DNA of 64,000 bases, taken from assembly GCA_020137815.1 (NCBI GenBank), contig CM035359.1, positions 186,001 through 250,000 of the forward strand, in the 5' to 3' direction. The position numbers were made by a program, and so were the translations under genes. Under the pieces are notes generated by a model. It was not told where the DNA came from. It saw nothing but the letters and a program-made list of their open reading frames with translations, and did no database searches. This document shows positions 23,601 through 62,800 of this stretch, piece by piece (positions within the stretch are counted from its first letter, which is position 1; every line of letters begins with the position of its first letter). Source of the stretch: Hormiphora californensis (taxonomy: Eukaryota > Animalia > Ctenophora).

Positions 23601-26600
23601 TCCAGCTGGAAGGAGAAAACTAAACTTTCTCACTATTAATTTACTTTTCCTGAGTTTAGAAAGGTCTTAGTTACCATCCATTTACCACTCAGTTACCATT
23701 CAGTTACCATTCAGTTACAATTCCGTTAGGGGAAACTCTAACTGAATGGCATCCCATTAATGGGATCCCATCAACAGTAAAACTCTAACTGATAATGGAC
23801 CACAGTGATGGTTCTTTCTCTGTATTCTCTCTGTGTGCGCGCCCGTGCCCGGGCATGCCCAATGTACTGATTGATTGATTGATTGACTGTCTACAGAGAG
23901 AATACAGAGAAAGAACCATCACTGTGGTCCATTATCAGTTAGAGGTTTACTGTTGATGGGATCCCATTAATGGGATGCCATTCAGTTAGAGTTTCCCCTT
24001 ACCACTCAGTTACCACTCTGTTACCAACCAGTTACCACTCAGTTACCATTCCGTTACCAACCAGTTACCATTCAATTACCACTCAGTTACCAACCAATTA
24101 CCACTCTGTTACCACTCAGTTACCAACCATTTACCAACCAGTTACCACTCAGTTACCACTCAGTTACCACTCAGTTACCACTCAGTTACCAACCAGTTAC
24201 CACTCAGTTACCACTCAGTTACCATTCCGTTACCACTCAGTTATTACTCAGTTACCAACCAGTTATCACTGAACTACTCGGATACCACTTAGCCACACTG
24301 CTACATAATGACCCTGCATGCTATGTACCACGACACTGGTATACAATTCTACCCCTGACTCCATCTGCTACCAATACAATTCACACCAACCCTCTAAACA
24401 CACACACGCCTAGTCGAGTTCATGTACACAGTAGGAGGGGGAGGAAGGGAGTGTTAGACAGGGGATAGGAGGGGAGCGTGTTACACAGTAGGAGGGGGAG
24501 GAAGGGAGTGTTAGACAGGGGATAGGAGGGGAGCGTGTTACACAGCAGCTGTTATAGGGGGGGTGTTTTGAACCAGCTGATTTATCAATACAGATATGTG
24601 CTAGGTATATCTCCTCCTGACCTCTTAGTTGATCGACCAAGGAGAAAATAACATCATATTTTTCCTGTCTCTCCCTATCCTCTTTTTTCACCTCTTTTTC
24701 ACCTCCGAGCCTATAACAGTGGCTTTGCAAGGAGTTAACCTTCGTTTCTGTATCCCATACCATGAGAAACAGAAAGGTTAACTCCTTGCAAAACTAAACG
24801 GATGCAGAGAAGTGCCGGAAAAAAAACATTTGACAACGGTCATGACCCATGACTCATTGTGACGTGACGTGGCAAAGGCCATGAGACCATGTTTAAAGGT
24901 ATTGTTTAGTCTATGGATTTGGTATTTATGATCATAATAATGTCGGCAAACTTGCCATACTGTTTACTGTAATCTGTCGTGATACGTCGTGTCAGTTTGT
25001 TGTAACAAATTGTACTACAGTTAATCTCTCAGGAAACTTTAATTCCATATGATGCTGGCGTTGTTCTTCATTCTCCTTAGCTACCATGCCGTCCTTGCAG
25101 GTCCGTATAGTAGGTAGTAGTGAAACAAATAATTTCTTTTTTGGTATAGTACCGGGTACCCTATTTCCATATCAAAGTTCCAGGCTATCAGCATATTATG
25201 TAAAGTCCCTTGATTAAAAAATTCGACTTTATATGACGTACACACTAATTTCTGCAGATGGAAACTTGATAAGCTCCAGGCTGTCAGTTAGTCAGAGTTC
25301 GACTGGTTGGAATGGCTATGCTAGTAGGGCTGTAGATGGGAACAGCAATGGAAACTTCTGGGCTCAGTAAGTATGAAGTGACTTGATCCAGGTCAGACCC
25401 CATTTTGACACTGTTCTCAGATCGGTATAGGGTGTATTTTCCATATTACACCTAGCTACCTACTATCACGTCAGTTGATCGAGAATTAGAATTGAATAGA
25501 ATATATTTTATATAATGCTAATCATAATTTTCAGTAGAGTCGTTGAGCAATTAGTTAATTGAGAGTTGAATAATATTCTTAATTTCTATACAGATCATGC
25601 ACCCATTCTGCCGGTACTTCTAATAACTGGTGGAAGGTTAATCTGGCCAGGGTCTCGAAAATAAACCAAGTGTTCATTCATGGAAGAACTGACTGCTGCC
25701 AAAACAGATTGGACAATGCACTGGTAAGTAATTTTAATTATTTCTAAACCATCTAATAATAATGAATATAGTACAATATTTAACTAAATCCTCTCTCAAT
25801 TAACTCCGCTAAAAATCAATTAACACTATAACTTAGGTTTACGCGGGAGATGAATTTTGTGGAGCTATTAAATACCAGTATGAGGGACAATCGTTTTTCA
25901 GCGTTGACTGCAATGGAGCATATGCCGGTTAGTAGTAGTAGTAGGTACTATAATATCAGGCAACAGCCCGTCCGAAACGTGCCCCCTCACCACATCAATT
26001 ATCTCATATTATACGATGAAAAATACATAACACTTCCCCTCCAATTCTTAGATTCAATCAGGGTAGTACAGAACTACAACTACCTAACGATTTGTGAAGT
26101 AAACGTATTTGGAGACGATACCTTTGCCCTAGCTCCCCTGGATAACCTCGTCTCTGGGAAATATCTTCCTACGGCCCAGACCAGTGAAGGGTGGAGCGGT
26201 GCCGCTCCTAGAGCTATTGATGGAAGGACCAATGGACTGTGGGACCAGTCTACATGTACCCATTCAGGAAATACAGGCAGGAACCACTGGCAGGTTGACC
26301 TCCTAAGCAGACATTTTGTAAAGAAGGTTGTTGTCTACAACAGACGGGACTGCTGTCAAGATAGAATCAATGGGGCTCAGGTAACTTCGGTTTTATTTTA
26401 GGTCGGTTAGATCGTCATTATCATTATATATGTACAATTTCCATGAGATTATGTAGTATGTACTCAAAAATATCGAATCTAAATCATTTCCAGGTCTTTG
26501 TTGACGACAGATTTTGTGGGGCAATAACGTACGCCAGTGGTCAGGACGTTTACGTTGTAGATTGTGATACTTATGGGAGAGTCGTTAAAGTCGCACAGAA

Positions 26601-28880
26601 TGGACAGTATCTGACTCTTTGTGAAGTGGAAGTTCTTGGTGAGTTGTCAACGACAATGTTCGTTTCTATGACAACTATGTTCGTTACTATGACAACTTGT
26701 CATAGAAACGAACATCCTTTCCTAATTCCTTCATTGATTTCTTTCAGTTTTCAGTGTTACTTTTCTCTATATCTGTGCAGTACCTTTCACTAAATTTCCG
26801 TCTTATCAATACAACCTTATTTCAGGTCATTAAAATGAATTTGGTCAAAACAGTGGACAGAGAAACTAGCACTGGATGTCTATCGTCTACAGCAAACACA
26901 ACCTTGGTCGAATTCAACATAGGATTTCCATATTTCTCCCATTGTTCTTTGATCTTTGATTATATCAATTACTTTTTGAATTTGTTACATTGGCGTAATC
27001 ATTGGTCAGTTGGTAATTATCACTGCGCTGGCAAGCGCAAAGGTGGCCCCATCCAACCCCCCGAAAAAAATTCCCCCTAAAAACGGCCCGCTTGCTCACA
27101 GCGTATATATAGTTATTTCATACTTTTAGCCCATTTTGGCACTTTTTGACTGGCCATAACTCCCGAACCGGATGAGCTAGGAAGCTGAAATTTTGTACTC
27201 AGAAGCTTCTTGTAGACATCTATCGATGGTAAAAATTTCAAGTGGCTAGCTCTTTTTGTTCAAAAGTTATAACACCACCCCCAAAACAGAAAATTCAGTG
27301 TGGGGATAACTAGGTTGATACATACATACATAGATACATGTATAGACGCTTTGTTACCTTCCGTTTGGTCCCAGTTTGAGACGAACCAGACATCGTACGA
27401 CCTTAAACCAAGCGGCAATCGACAGATAATTGTCTCGTGCATGTACCCATTCTGGTGGCGACTCTTCATCTTGCCTATGACGCGCGCAATGACGTCACGA
27501 GTGATGTCATTGCGCGAGACCGACTAACTTTTTTCAAACGCCTCTAGCACCCTTGAGACGTGTTCCGATTTTTGATTTGACAAAAAATCGTTACCGGCAA
27601 ATCGTCTGAACTTTCAGATACTATATAGCGAATTTTCATAGCTCATCATTTTGAGCCCTTAAATTGCGTCGGAAGTCAAAAATTTGACGAAAAATTCAGC
27701 AAATTGAACGTTTTTCTAGCAAAAACTCCCTTTCCTGACCACTGCGGTCAATGATACTTTACAAGCTCCTTCAGGGTATTCATTCAAAATATATTGTGAT
27801 GCAATTACGTCGTTACGACGTCACTAATTACGTCAGATGATGTCATAATGACGTCAAAATTACGATTTTCACAGAAATTCGTCTCGTTTCTCATATAACA
27901 CATCATTTTGACAATTTCACATCATGAAATAATGTCATTAGAAACCAAAAAGGGACCTAAATTAAGCCAAAAACTAATTGGAATTAGTTGGCGGGAAAGG
28001 TGGCCCACTTACACCTTTGCCTGATGCCGGGTTTTATTTTAAAATGTATCAGGGATATAAGAGGTGAGTGAAATAGAGAAAGAGAAAGAAAGGGTGAGAG
28101 AGAGAGAGATTGAGATACCGACGTGACGTGAAGAGAATGACAGTTCGTGGTACCCGGTAGCAGCAAAAGGTGTAAGTGGGCCACCTTTCCCGCCAACTAA
28201 TTCCAATTAGTTTTTGGCTTAATATTACTTAGAATATTGAAAGGTTGAACGATAGCCCCAGCGTGCTCTTTCCAACGAGCCCACGATTTTGCAATTTGGC
28301 CAAGAAATGGATGAGTTATGACCAAAACTGTAAAAATTGTGTCCATATCAAGGCCAAGACCATTTACCGCTTACCATGGGTGCCCTATATCACTTTTACG
28401 GTCTTGTCAATGTCGCAAAATGCAGTAAAATTCAGCGTTAGAACATAATGCACACTAATTGATCTTGAGAGCACCGAATTGTGAGCACTGAGGGTACATG
28501 TGTGTTTGTTTGTGTGGCCTCTCTTTTTAATTAATCGAGTGATGGGGCGCACTACTGCACATGTATGCAGTTCTTCACTGCCCCATAACACACGCCCGGC
28601 CCCCTCTCTCCCTCCCAGTCACTCTCCATCCCTTCTTTCCCACACTATCTCTCTCGGCCACCCTCTCATCCCCTAAAAGGCATAACTACAGGGCTATATA
28701 GCTCCACAGCCCTGTATCTGTGACAACCAATCATATCGCCCCATATTTGTCACGTGATCACTGTCCGCCAATAGGAGGAGCCCACTTTTGGACGCCAGAT
28801 GCTCGCTTACCCCAATTATAATGCTCTCTTTTAGTTTTTGCCCTCTTCTCTCTCTCTCTCTCTCTCTCCCTCTCTCTCTT

Positions 28881-28916
<36 letters not shown>

Positions 28917-31090
28917 TTAGTTCCCTCATACCTGGAATATCATGCTCAATAAAAATGAAGAGATGGGATGTGAAAGCATAAAATGACAATCTGACAGCGG
29001 TGATTGTTAGCACATGCCACGTGCTCTGTTTTACCATTACCCACACTGCACAAACCACACAAACCACACTATAACAACAGTCAAACATCCAATTTATACC
29101 GGAGCTCGGTTCACCGGACCCTTGATTTACCTACCGTACAAATAAACGTTTCCCGATATAGGAAATTTACAGTATTTCACCTCGGTATAATACCGGGCTA
29201 ATCCCCTTCCCTGGGGGTCTTTTCTGAACAGGTTTATGAAGATTCTTAGGAACTTTTTGGCCGTTTTAGGAAGAAAGTTAGAGAGTTAAGAAGATTGTTG
29301 TTTCCGAACATGTCACTTAGGAAGGTTTTTTTAGCGTTAAGAATTTTCCTAAATTATCTTCCTAAGTCCCCTATAATTGAATTAAAACTGCGTGAGTCCT
29401 TGAAATTTTCTTCTTAGCGGCCTAAGAATGTTCTTAGCTCTCTTTTTTTCTTCCTAAGTAGCAAGAAAAGTTAGGACAGCTCCGGACCTTACTTAAGCCG
29501 ACTTAGGAAGATTCTTACTCTGTTAGACATATATTTTGGGCCATTTTTAGAGCTAATATCATAAAAATGATGAATTTGCTCAAGCATACATGAACATACA
29601 ACCATTTTATGTTGACGCGATATCCAATAGAGCTATATTTAAATCGGTTGGTAGTCGGTATTTTTTGTAATAATTTTAAAAATTGAAAATTATGGGTCTT
29701 GCTGTGACTCTAAAGCATCATAGGACGATAAATATATGCAAATGAAAAGGAAGAAATCATAAAATTAACATGTTGTACCTCTAATTATAACACCTCTATC
29801 ATCCAAAAAATGCAATAAATGCAAAATTCCATCTCCTTTAGATTTCTGTTGGAAATGGGTGGGAACGAGTTGACACCGGAACCATATCCAATTGCATAAT
29901 ACATATGATTAGGCCATGGCCCACGCCCTACATAGATCCAAAATATTGTGTGTACCAGCTAATTCACACCTCAATTTAAACCCCATGTTTGCTCGATTGC
30001 TATTGGTTATCGCCATTCGAATCTTAGTACCCCATTGGTTGTGTACTGTCACATGACAACAATTTGGAGCGTGAGTTTTCTTCCTAAGTATAGGTTCAGA
30101 AACAACAAAATCGCTAAGAAGATTGTATATTTCTCCCATCTGTATGTTCGGAAACGTTCTTAGCAAAACCTTCTTATAAAGAAGAAAGTTAAGAATCTTC
30201 CTAAGAAGAAAGTTCAGAAAAGACCCCCTGAGGAGTCTGTCAATTGGTAAATAGAGGTTTACCAAAGACTTTACCATCTGCTTCCATATTCGATTCGAAA
30301 CTGGATTATATTGAGCTTTCAGAATAATAAAACAGCCGGTAAACAGGAGAAAGGATTCTGCATGTAACTTGGGCTAATATGCTTCTGTTCTTGCTTCCTT
30401 TCCATTTCCAATTAAATGTTCTATTTTTTTCCAAAATTTACGTCCGTTTTAGAACCCTAAACATATTCTACCATATATAATTTTACCGTTACTCCACATG
30501 AAAAGACCATATTATATGGTCTAATTCAAATGCCACCATCCATATATGGATGGTGGCATTCGAATTAGTTTTATCTCGTTAGGTTTGACATACCTCACAA
30601 GCTAATCGTTTCATATCACGGGTTGCTTCGAGGGTCTGAAAGGAAGCAAATTGTTAGAGTTGACAAGGTTGACAAGATACTAGGACAGTCCAGTCCAACG
30701 CAACCAAGGTTGAGTCGTTATCTTTTGAGAAACCGGAAACGTGCATTTTGATTTGCGAGACGCAGTGAGTGCGCCCAGTAAACCCAGTGCTGATAATATA
30801 TCGGTAGACCCCCATTTTCGAATTTTTTTCTAGACGACAAAAAAATCTGAAATGCTTAAAGTTAATGAAATCGTAAAATACGATAGATGAAAAGTTTTAG
30901 TATAGGTATCTTGTCAACCTTTAAATCTAGTCATATGAAGAGTAAACAAGAAATTATTCTGAGCGGCTATCATGGTTTCGGCCTGCAGGTAATAGCAGAA
31001 TGTGACTCAAACAGTTTGGTTAATTACCTTATCAGTGATCTCATTAGCTTTCAGCTGGATGTCATTCATTTGCACTGCCGGTCGGGACAT
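20679..31090 (-). CDS. SNAP25: SNAP-25 (Qbc-SNARE), 202 aa, 8 coding exons
   Basis: Exons 31090-31028, 30635-30594, 23520-23472, 23034-22941, 22589-22483, 22029-21942, 21576-21477 and 20744-20679 (609 nt, all GT/AG, phases consistent). Product: MSRPAVQMNDIQLKANEITDKTLEATRDMKRLACETRQIGADTAGELNRQGEQLDNIETKLDNINDDLSKAEKHLANMERFCGCCPCAPK...GYIQRVTNDAREDEMDENLAVVADVVGDLRMMALDMGDELDRQNTKLDRINEKTTLNVGRVQDAEARTNKLLQS. Two SNARE helices, a Cys palmitoylation cluster and the DAREDEMDENL motif. Confidence 0.95.
23670..24272. repeat. 11-bp minisatellite (cagttaccact) interrupted by a MITE
   Basis: Direct inspection. Confidence 0.9.
23729..23998. mobile_element. PIF/Harbinger-type MITE, TTA target duplication, ~105-bp TIRs
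   Basis: tta|ggggaaactctaactgaatggcatccc ... gggatgccattcagttagagtttcccc|tta. Confidence 0.85.
25049..26833 (+). CDS. Secreted F-type lectin (fucolectin) with two tandem domains, nested antisense in a SNAP-25 intron
   Basis: Exons 25049-25100 (signal peptide MMLALFFILLSYHAVLA), 25258-25366, 25594-25723, 25837-25927, 26052-26380, 26494-26638 and 26826-26833. Each domain has A(V/I)DG...CTHS...W.V.L...R.DCCQ.R(L/I)...LT.CEV, the F-type lectin fucose-binding H...RxDCC..R motif. Confidence 0.92.
27962..28222. mobile_element. Palindromic MITE-like element with ~58-bp inverted arms bounded by TTAA
   Basis: ttaagccaaaaactaattggaattagttggcgggaaaggtggcccacttacacctttgc ... gcaaaaggtgtaagtgggccacctttcccgccaactaattccaattagtttttggcttaa. 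Related ATTAGTTGGC..AAAGGTG.CC ends at ~4270-4310 and ~42698-42737. Confidence 0.7.
29214..30227. mobile_element. PIF/Harbinger-type non-autonomous element, CTG target duplication
   Basis: ctg|ggggtcttttctgaac ... gttcagaaaagacccc|ctg, with subterminal cttagg/cctaag motifs. Confidence 0.8.
30666..30920. mobile_element. TTAA-targeting MITE (AGGTTGACAAGATAC termini), same family as 37976-38425
   Basis: aggttgacaagatac ... gtatcttgtcaacct|ttaa; the interior matches the 37976 copy in reverse orientation. Confidence 0.75.
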
Positions 31091-32527
31091 TATCGTTTCA
31101 CTGCAGCTTTTTTTCATAGAGGGAGGGGATAATTGTTAAAATATAGAACGGGGGAAATTCAACGGAAGTCTTATGGTGCTAAGGTCAAAGGTGTGCTTTG
31201 AGTGAGAAAAAACTTGCTTCATAGAAATTAAAGGCTTTAATGTTTGTACAAAGGATGCTTCGTAGCAACAAGAAAGGCTCCAGCGAATATTTATAATTCT
31301 AACGAAATTCCGTAGGCTGGAAATCTAGGGCTGATAACTGCTCACGCACGGTGGATATGATTATCCGAAGTTGAAGTTTTGGTTTAGGTTGTCCTAGAGC
31401 ATAATTACCAGGATTCGGCAGAGCTTTTTCGAGTTAGCTCGGCTTCAGTTTCTCTCAATTCTTCGATAAGTGCAAATGAAATCATCTGTGAGGTGATAGG
31501 GCGAATTGTGAATGATATGGAGACCATATATCAGTCGGTTATGATTGAAAATCCAACTTATTCAAACCGAGAATTTAAAAAAATAAAAATTGTTGGCAAA
31601 CGTTGCTGGCCCCTGGCGCAGCGCGGGATAAGGCAGCGCTTTTCAATAAAAATTTTTCCTCGGAAAAATTGAAACAAAAAAGTCGGAACAAGAATTTTTA
31701 AGATTTCTATTATATTTAATTCAAATATTTTGTTTATCGCGCGCGAGTAGCACGCGCAAATATACTCACGCGCGATATAAACCGCTAATTTACCACGACA
31801 CATCCTTTTAAATCCGAGACGAAATACAAAACACATTGATATTGTGGGTGGGAATTGTTATTTGAATGATCATATATCAGCACTGCACAAATAACGGTGC
31901 ATATATTATACTTATACATATCATAAATTTCTCTGTCAAGAATAAAAACACTCAATAAATATATCAGCCTGCATACGCCATACACACAACACAGCAGAAT
32001 CAACTCTCTTGTCTCAGTCCTTGACATATCACCAGTCTGCCGGTTAAAGTCAAAAGAAGGTGAGAATGATCAAGGAGTCATAAACACAAATTAAACCGGC
32101 GTTGTTCGGCCGGAAGGAAAGATACGTACTGAACGTGCAGTCGAATACCGTTATTGTCATACAACTATTGTGAGAACGGATCACGTATGAAGTTGTCAAA
32201 GGTTTAGTTCTTCTCTTTAGCTTATTGGTGATCAATATTCGATATCCAGCAAAAAATTATTTTCCTCAATAACGTCATTATGAAACATCTGCCCTAAATA
32301 AATATCAATAAAAAGTATTTTCCACAACTCCCTCAGTCTTGCTCACACTTCGTTCCAAGATGTGACGTGTGTTTTAGTTGTCTCACGGGCCGGCACTGCT
32401 ACTGCTACTGCGAGAGTGCAGGGACACACCGATCATGTACTATGATCACTACCGGCACCAGGCACACTCAAACAAAGAGACTCCAAACAACCCACTAAGG
32501 TATTAGTAATATCAATTGAGGAGTTTT

Positions 32528-57259
<24,732 letters not shown>

Positions 57260-58105
57260 TGTGACATCGGAGGGGAGCAACCCGAGCCATGGATTTTAGA
57301 ATAATTGCAGCCGCGGCTAAATGACAAAAACATTTGGTTTAGGTTTGGTGTCTATTTTATATCGGTATATTTTATCACGTTGCCGGACAATCTTGGAAAA
57401 TGGAAATGTATCAAAACTCGAAAAGAGCAAGTTTGCAGTACAAAGAACTAAAGTGGCCAAATGTTTCTGCTCACACACACACTCTCTCTCGCACGCGACT
57501 GCAGTTCATTTGCAGGGTGCATGCAAGAGATGCACTATATGTGTACTGCACACACTACTGCAACAGAAGGGGAGGATGCTTGTCACGCGTTGTGTGAAAA
57601 TGAACTCTGAGCTGAATCACACACAAAGATGAAAGAGGTGTGTGTACAGAGTTCAAGAGCTATGAACAGGACCAAAAATAATGGTAGGGATCAATGGCTA
57701 GAAACTGAACACCGATTGAAAGTAAATAAAAAAGGGATTTCGGTCTTCAGAAATTAAAAATCAATCAAGTTTTGGAAGCCGAACTATATTGCGAGAACCT
57801 GCAAACCTTCTGGAGGAATTTGTTCTGTCGTGTTTTCTATGTAAACACTGTTCATTGGAGAAAGGAATGTAGCGGTATATCAAATCTCCAGTCGATCGGA
57901 GAGTATAATATTCGTATTTCCCGCTTCATCATCATATAAACCCACATTGGTCATTAAGGTGCAGACTATCAAATTATAGCAGTGAAGCTAGGGTTCTAGA
58001 CATTCAGAGAAGTAGAATATTATGTACTAATATTATAAGATTTGGCTCTGACTGCATAATAGCCAAATCTTATAATCTGAGTGGTGTCAAGAAGGTGCTA
58101 GAAAG

Positions 58106-58163
<58 letters not shown>

Positions 58164-59769
58164 AGAGAGAGAGAGAGAGAGAGATACAAGATCAAGAGAT
58201 GAAACAAAGATGAAGCTGGGACAGAATATCCATGTCACTCGGAGGTTGCCACATAACTATAAATTTCTCTCTCTTCTCCTATTCTCTCCCTCTTTCTCTC
58301 TCTTCTCTATCCTCTCTCCTCTCTCCTCTCAGCTCTCTCTCCTCTTCTCTCCTCTCTCTCCCTCTCTCTCTTTCTCTCCTGTAAGCCCCTGTGCTCCCCT
58401 TCAATTCAAAGTACAAAGACGGGGCAAGCAAAAATGGAAGACTGGGAGCTGCAAGATATATTTCCCATGATCCAACTTCCGGAGGTTGGCCGCAACATTC
58501 ATAACCTATCAAACCATTTCTCACTCTCTTCTCACTATATTTGTCCTTGATATCCCCTCTGACCTCACCCTCTCCTTTCTCTAATCGCCCCTCACTCTCC
58601 CAGCCACTCTCTTTCTCTCTCTCTCTCGCTCAGATATCACTTTTTCTCTTTTTTCTCTTTTTTCTCCCCGATCGTTTAAGACATGAGTGTGCTAATGGGT
58701 CTTTTACAAACGCAAAAAGATAATGACAAGAGGAGAGCGCGAGGAAGAGCAAGGAAAAACACAGAGAGAGGGAAAGTAAGGGAGAGAGAGAGGGAGTGAG
58801 AGAGGGAGTGAGAGAGGGAAGGGGAGCTTGAGCCCCTAGCTGTGAGCAGGCGGACAGTGGTAAGGAGCTGTAAAAGGTTAACCGTCTGTCGTGAACTTTA
58901 TCCATGAGAAAATGAAAGAGAGATTTTGGTAGGACAGACTGTAAAATTGATAGATGGAGTCTCACATAGCACCCGGGGAAATGGTTCATAAGAGGAGAAG
59001 GGTATTGGTCTAGAATGATCAAAGGTTAAAATATGTCAAAGAAAGACTTGATGAATGGGTGAGAGTTTATTTTGTCCTAGATCAATTAGGATATTTTAAA
59101 GCCAGCTAGTTCAACTACGCCAATCACCAATTCTCACAATGCGAGGGTACAATACAAGGACATCGACGTGTAATAATGATCCATGTCGAAACCCTCTCTC
59201 TCTCTCTCTCTCACTCCATATTTCTCTCTCTATCTCCCTCTCTTTCAGACATATCAACTGACCCTGAATCTAATCACTGCAGTACACCACATCGAGCAAA
59301 TATGATCAGCTGACCTACACAGCTGACTGCTGATCTGAACAAAAGGAGATTGGACAGGGAGCATATGACCAAACCAGAGTGAACAGTATGACTTACTCAG
59401 ACTATCACTAAACAGTACCAGACAATTCAATGATGAATGATCACTGGTCAATGAATGAACAGTAATATGTTGTATGAAAAGTGGTTCAATGTTTATACAG
59501 CTATACTGTTGGTCTTCAATCCTTTATAGGACCCTGAAAGAAAAACTGATACCGACTCGGGAAGCTGATACAAAATATGAAGATGTCTATAGAATGGAAC
59601 TTAGACATGCATGGCAGTGCAATTACAGTGATCAGAAGGACTGGAATTCGTGGGAAAATCGGAATGGGTCATTCTAAAATTAACCAAATAATGGAAATAA
59701 TCGTTCCAAGCACATTACACACGTCAAAGGACCAAGCTAGCGGAGCATAAATGACTGGATGTTAAGAAA

Positions 59770-59836
<67 letters not shown>

Positions 59837-62800
59837 GAGAGAGAGAGAGAGTGAGTGCGAGAGTGTTAGAGGGAGAGAGAGACAGAGACAGAGAGAAAGA
59901 TAGATCAGCTACAGACGATCCAATAATGTTGATTAAAAGAACACGCAATGTCTTGAATTGCTTGACTTCTACTTCGACGTGGCCTCAATGCTTGGTGTAT
60001 TGAACACTCATGGTCCAGTATGGTGTATCATGCCATGCACCTACCCATACACTGTATGGGTAGGTGCATAGTACATACCCATACAGTGCTGTTTCTACAA
60101 ATATTGCTACCAAGATCAGATCCCAAGTACACCAGATATAACTAGCTGTATAATAGCTCTGGTTGGAATGCTACAACCCTCACGTGTAACTAGTAGTGTA
60201 ATAGGTAACCTGCAGTACAGTTGTCATGAGGCAAAGCAGTAGAACTACTATACTATAACTGTATATGGGAGCCTCTACAGGTCATCAAAGTTATATGGCA
60301 ATTAAGCCAAAATTGGTCATGGAAGTTATAGGTAGCACTGCATGGCAGACATAGATAGTCTAAAAACTTTCTTTTTTTTTTTTTTTTTTTTTTCCTTCCT
60401 CTATGCGGCATATTCCCCTTTCTTGGTAATAGACCATCTCTGTTGGTGTTACACTAGAAAGTAACAGCTCTCAACGCTGACCCTTGTTTGGCCCCAGTTT
60501 TTCTCAAACCGGCACTGTCTGACTCACTTAATCACTAGTGTATGTTAACAATCTCGATAACATGCAGAGCAGTTTTGTCAAACAAAGTTAATGTCATGGT
60601 TTCGGGCACGGTCGCTAACTGCGCCGTAGGGCACATGTGATAGGGTTCTGACAGACTGACGAACTGGAGGGGTAGCAAACAGGGAAAGGTTCCCCGCCTA
60701 GCCGAGATCCTCTGGAGCGAGGTCTTGGTTACAGGTGGGAAGGGTGAATGGTAGGGGGTTGGGAATGGAACTAAGGGAAGGGAAGAGATTGTGCTAGTTC
60801 CCGGTTGTTAGACATTTATAAACAATCTTATGTCTATATTGTCCTACAACCCGGAACTGATGCAGGGATAAAACAGGGGCGAAATGATATTGAGTGATAC
60901 TGATCGTGAGGGCAAAGGTTAATACTATGGCGTGGGGTGAGTGCGTGATGCCGCTAGGTCCAAATTTTACATGAGATACTGTTCTAGTGAATGGGTAGGA
61001 AGATTCAGATTCGCCCAATCACTAGCCAGCCAATCGATAGCCAGTCGCCCATTGCCCAACCAGGTGATAATGTGGTATGTGGAAAAAGAGAGTGGGGCTA
61101 CTGATTAGATCAGAAAGACGAGATAAAGGAGCGGGAGAGAGGCGAGAGACAGAGGAAGGGATAGACACAGGAAGACGGGACAGGGTAGGGGGATGAAATA
61201 AGCTACACCAGACCCGCTAATAGGGACCCTATCAAAAGAAGGATAAGGGAGATCTCCCGGGGAACTACATAGAGAAAGAAGGGGAAGAGAAGAGAAACGT
61301 GAGACCAGGAAGGGCAATTAACACCGAAAATGGTTCCGAACCAGATAGAGATGAAATACAAGACTAATAGGATCCCAGAGAGAGAGAGAGAGAGAGAGAA
61401 GGAGCAGGGAGGAGCGAGAAATGAAAGAGAGAAGGAGAGAGGGGGAAGGAGAGAAAAAGGAAGAAGGAGAAGAGAAAGGAATTAGGGTGCACTGAAAAAT
61501 GGGGAGGTGACTTGTGCAATTTGGAAGAGCATTACCGAGATTCAGATACCTGAAGAATGATAGTTGTGGTAGTGTGAGCGAGTGAACTCACCGCTCCTTA
61601 TCGGGAGCATGCCCTGCAAATGAACTCCCTAGCAATAAGGGGGGTTAAGATTTGTGATTATTATCGGTTTTCAATTCTTACCCTTGGTCGACCTGATTGA
61701 AATGGTATGGCTGACTTGTGAACCCTGTACAGGACCTTGACGAGTGGGAGAAGACAAACAACCCCATCCAACCCCAGCCATCCCGAAACTAGCCCCTCGA
61801 TGCCAAAAAACCAGGAACCCCCACTCAATTCTCCCTTATGAGGGAGAACAGAAAACAGCCCTGACCCCGGGTAAGAACGACCCTATACTAGGGGAACAGA
61901 GCCCCTGAACCACCCCCTCTCATCCCACAGAAAACTCTGCCAGGTCCTGGAGTGAGTGCATGGCCTTACCCTTTCCTCAGCAGGAACGTGCTCTGAAACA
62001 TGTTACCTAACAACTAGCAGTAATAAGTAATAACGGGGACAAGAGTAAAAACTAAAAACAACTAGACTGTTACACCAAAACCAAATCAAGCTAAGCTCCA
62101 GTCCCCGGCCTGGACTAGTAATGATGACCGAAAAATGACTAAAGACACCTACAACTAAAAGAAAGGACAAAACAAATAGAATAAGAAGAAAGGTGACCTT
62201 GCTATAACAAACTAAAAAAACACCATGACATGTCCAAATCGAAAACAGCACTACTATAACACCCCCTAGCCTACACTAGAAAAGAATAAGGAACAACACA
62301 ATAACATGAATGGTCTTATCTGATTGGAGAATGTAGATCGGTGGTCGGTAGCTGGTCGTTTCTTTGCTGTATCTTCACAGTAGCAGGGGATGGCGGGAGA
62401 ACGAGGTAGACCTAGTCTAAAAACTTCTCTTGTATTCCCTTGTATTGGCTGAGACAAGACAAGGTGCGAGTTTTAAAAGGAACCAAAGATTTAAATAATA
62501 TGTGAGTCCAACGGACTGTGAGGACTGAGTAGGGTTTGAGTGCCGAAGGGCCCTAATTCATACACACAGATCGAGGCATTATATCCACCAACTACCCTGT
62601 GCTGCAGTAGTAGCAGGCCCCCGCCTACCTACACACAAAGGTGTGAGATCAGATTACACTAATTGGAGCGGGATCATGACATCCCTGATCTACACATAAC
62701 AACGTTGCTAGGGACATGGAGTTTCGTTGCTAAGGACATGGAACCACAAAACACACATCAAAGAATGGACAGGATGTTACGTCAGAACGCGCCCCAAGGG

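Noticed and set aside
60640-60700. Hammerhead-ribozyme-like CTGACGA...GAAA core
   Set aside because: The stem II closing pair is mismatched (A/G), and I could not find convincing stems I and III with an NUH site. An Infernal scan would settle it.
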